Below, in pieces: positions 61,801-64,000 of a stretch of 64,000 bases of DNA (positions are counted from its first letter, which is position 1; the number at the start of each line of letters is the position of its first letter). A program made the position numbers and the translations under genes. The DNA is from Eledone cirrhosa. Lineage: Eukaryota. Under the pieces are notes generated by a model that was not told the DNA's origin, did not search any database, and saw nothing but the letters and a program-made list of their open reading frames with translations. Where the stretch lies: assembly GCA_964016885.1 (NCBI GenBank), contig OZ024744.1, forward strand, positions 129,890,001 through 129,954,000, written 5' to 3'.

Positions 61801-64000
61801 TAAATTAAGTTGGGGTTAAGTTAAGTTGGGGTTAAGTTAAGTTGGGGTTAAGTTAAGTTGGGGTTAAGTTAATTTGTGGTTAAGTTAAGTTGGGGTTAAG
61901 TTAAGTTGGGGTTAAGTTCAGTCGGGGTTAAGTTAAGTCGGGGTTAAGTTAAGTTGGGGTTGAGTTAAGTTGGGGTTAAGTTAAGTTGGGGTTAAGATAA
62001 GTTGGGGTTAAGTTAAGTTGGGGTTGAGTTAAGTTGGGGTTGAGTTAATTTGGGGTTAAGTTAAGTTGGAGTTAACTTAAGTTGGGTTTAAGTTAAGTTG
62101 GGGTTAAGTTAAGTTGGGGTTAAATTAAGTTGGGGTTAAGTTAAGTTGGGGGTAAGATAAGTTGGGGTTAGTTAAGTTGCGGTTAAGTTAAGTTGGGGTT
62201 AAGTTAAGTTGGGGTTAAGTTAAGTTGGGGTAAAGTTAAGTTGGGGGTAAGTTAAGTTGGGGGTAAGTTAAGTTGGGGGTAAGTTAAGTTGGGGTTAATT
62301 TAAGTTAGGTCTAATTAAGTTGGGGTTAAGTTAAGTTGGGGTTAAATTAAGTTGGGGTTTAGTTAAGTTGGGGTTAAGTTAAGTTGGGGTTAAGTTAAGT
62401 TGCGGTTAAGTTAAGTTGAGGTTAAGTTAAGTAGGGGTTAAATTATGTTGGGGTTAAGTTAAGTTCGGGTTAAGTTAAGTTGGGGTTAAGTTGAGTTGGG
62501 GATAAGTTAAGTTGGGGATAAGTTAAGTTGGGGTTAAGTTAAGTTGGGTTTAAGATAAGTTTGGGTTAAGTTAAGTTGGGGTTAAGTTAAGTTGGGGTTA
62601 AGTTAAGTTGGGGTTAAGTTAAGTTGGTTAGTTAAGTTGAGTTTAAGTTAAGTTGGGGTTAATTTAAGTTGGGGTTAAGTTAAGTTGGGGTTAAGTTAAG
62701 TTGGGGTTAAGTTAAGTTGGGGTTAAGTTAAGTTGCGGTTAAGTTAAGTTGAGGTTAAGTTAAGTTGGGGTTAAGTTAAGTTGGGGTTAAGTTAAGTTGG
62801 GGCTAAGTTAAGTTGGGGCTAAGTTAAGTTGGGGCTAAGTTAAGTTGGGGTTAAGTTAACTTTGGGTTATGTTAATTTGGGTTTGAGTTAAGTTGGGGTT
62901 AATTAAGTTGATGTTAAGTTAAGTTGATGTTAAGTTAAGTTGGGGTTAAGTTAAGTCGGGGTTAAGTTAAGGTGGGGTTAAGTTAAGTTGGGGTCAACTA
63001 AAGTTGGGGTTAAGTTAAGTTGGGGTTAACTTAAGTTGGGGTTAAGTTAAGTTGGGGTTAAGTTGGGGTTAAATTAAGTTGGGGTTAAGTTAAGTTGGGG
63101 TTAAGTTAAATGGGGTTAAGTTAAGTTTCGGGTAATTTAAGTTGGGGTTAAGTTAAGTTGGGGTTAAGTTAAGTTGGGGGTAAGTTAAGTTGGGAGTAAG
63201 TTAAGTTGGGGTTAAGTTAAGTTGGGGTTAAGTTAAGTTGGGGTTAAGTTAAGTTAGGGTTAAGTTAAGTTGGGGTTGAGTTAAGTTGGGGTTAAGTTAA
63301 GTTGGGGTTATGTTAAGTTGGGGTTAAGTTAAATTGGGGTTAATTTAACTTTGTGGTTAAGTTAAGTTGGGGTTAAGTTAAGTTGGGGTTAAGTTAAGTT
63401 GGGGTTAAATTAAGTTGGGGTTAAATTAAGTTGGGGTTAAGTTAAGTTGGGGTTATGTTAAGTTGGTGTTAAGTTAAGTTGGAGTTAAGTGAAGTTGGGG
63501 TTAAGTTAAGTTGGGGTTAAGTTAGGTTGGTGTTAAGTTAAGTTGGGGTTAAGTTAAGTTGGGGTTAAGTTATGTTGGGTTTAAGTTAAGTTGGGGCTAA
63601 GTTAAGTTAGGGCTAAGTTAAGTTGGGGTTAAGTAAAGTTAGGGCTAAGTTAATTTGGGGTTAAGTTAAGTTGGGGTTAATTTAAGTTGGGGTTACATTA
63701 AGTTGAGGTTAAGTTAAGTTGGGGTTAAGTTAAGTTAGGGTTAATTTAAGTTGGGGTTATGTTAAGTTGGGGTTAAGTTAAGTTGGGGTTAAGTTAAGTT
63801 GGGGCTGAGTTAAGTTGGGGTTACGTTAAGTTGGGGTTAAGGTAAGTTGGGGTTAAGTTAAGTTGGGGTTAAGTTAAGTTGGGTTTAAGTTAAGTTGGGG
63901 TTAAGTTAAGTTGGGGTTAAATTAAGTTGGGGTTAATCTAAGGTGGGGTTAAGTTAAATTGAGGTTAAGTTAAGTTGGGGTTAATTTAAGTTGGGGTTAA
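58800..64000 (+). repeat. Start of another ~4.4-kb period duplication; the unit is a paralog of the 4,450-bp unit at the window start
   Basis: The private variant atctaaggtgggg lies at 59,499/63,936 and ttacatt at 59,258/63,695 (offset 4,437). The 59.5-63.1 kb region carries the same landmark order as 0.1-4.0 kb (aattgagg x2, tcaactaaag x2, gtggtggttatg x2, ggcg, ttcagtcgggg, aggtcta, gatg x2, aaatgggg), with indels. Confidence 0.8.

Larger units (their letters stand above)
1..64000 (+). repeat. Tandem satellite array, 16-bp consensus monomer TTGGGGTTAAGTTAAG, G/T-rich on + strand, telomere-like
   Basis: Seen directly: the monomer repeats from the first to the last line in one orientation. 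It has scattered substitutions and occasional length variants (11-mer TTGGGGTTAAG, 15-mers such as TTGGGGTTAATTAAG and TTGGGGCTTAGTTAAG-type units, 13-mer TTGGTTAGTTAAG). The array runs off both window ends. Confidence 0.99.

Noticed and set aside
1-64000. Protein-coding ORFs on either strand
   Set aside because: TTAA is palindromic and gives TAA twice per monomer on both strands. The 16-bp period rotates these stops through all frames, so only very short open stretches exist.
1-64000. CRISPR array or other repeat-spacer system
   Set aside because: The repeats are directly adjacent with no unique spacers. The variation is point mutation of a single monomer, and there are no cas genes or leader.
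1-64000. Tetrahymena-type (TTGGGG)n telomere or a freshly telomerase-made tract
   Set aside because: TTGGGG is always separated by TTAAG units, and variants are inherited in multi-kb blocks, which telomerase addition would not produce.
1-64000. Splice-donor-like GGTAAGT motifs (gggggtaagtt variants) and promoter-like AT motifs
   Set aside because: These are one-base variants of the consensus with no exon or gene context.
1-64000. Variant pattern as sequencing noise, or as an encoded message or synthetic construct
   Set aside because: The variants recur in the same order at fixed offsets, so they are not random errors, and nested duplication explains their order without invoking any code.

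Overview
The whole 64-kb window is one uninterrupted, single-orientation tandem satellite array. The consensus monomer is 16 bp, TTGGGG-TTAAG-TTAAG (about 4,000 copies by 64,000/16; consensus 6 G, 6 T, 4 A, 0 C on the + strand). I see no genes, RNA genes, transposons, inversions or unique DNA: TAA occurs twice per monomer on both strands, and the 16-bp period cycles it through every frame. The sequence looks eukaryotic: a G-strand-biased, telomere-like compound repeat that could be subtelomeric, interstitial telomere-like or (peri)centromeric. The organism cannot be identified from the sequence. Variant monomers work as landmarks and show nested duplication. Neighbouring monomers share variants (16, 64 and 112 bp). 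There are ~0.7-kb and ~1.4-1.6-kb modules. Near-identical block duplications occur at offsets 4,450, ~2,929, 5,940-5,972, 6,493, 16,610, ~22,765 and ~4,437 bp. Two duplication junctions (~21,285 and ~42,280) carry short locally templated extra sequence. All offsets were measured by eye from landmark positions, and boundaries are approximate to within one or a few monomers.
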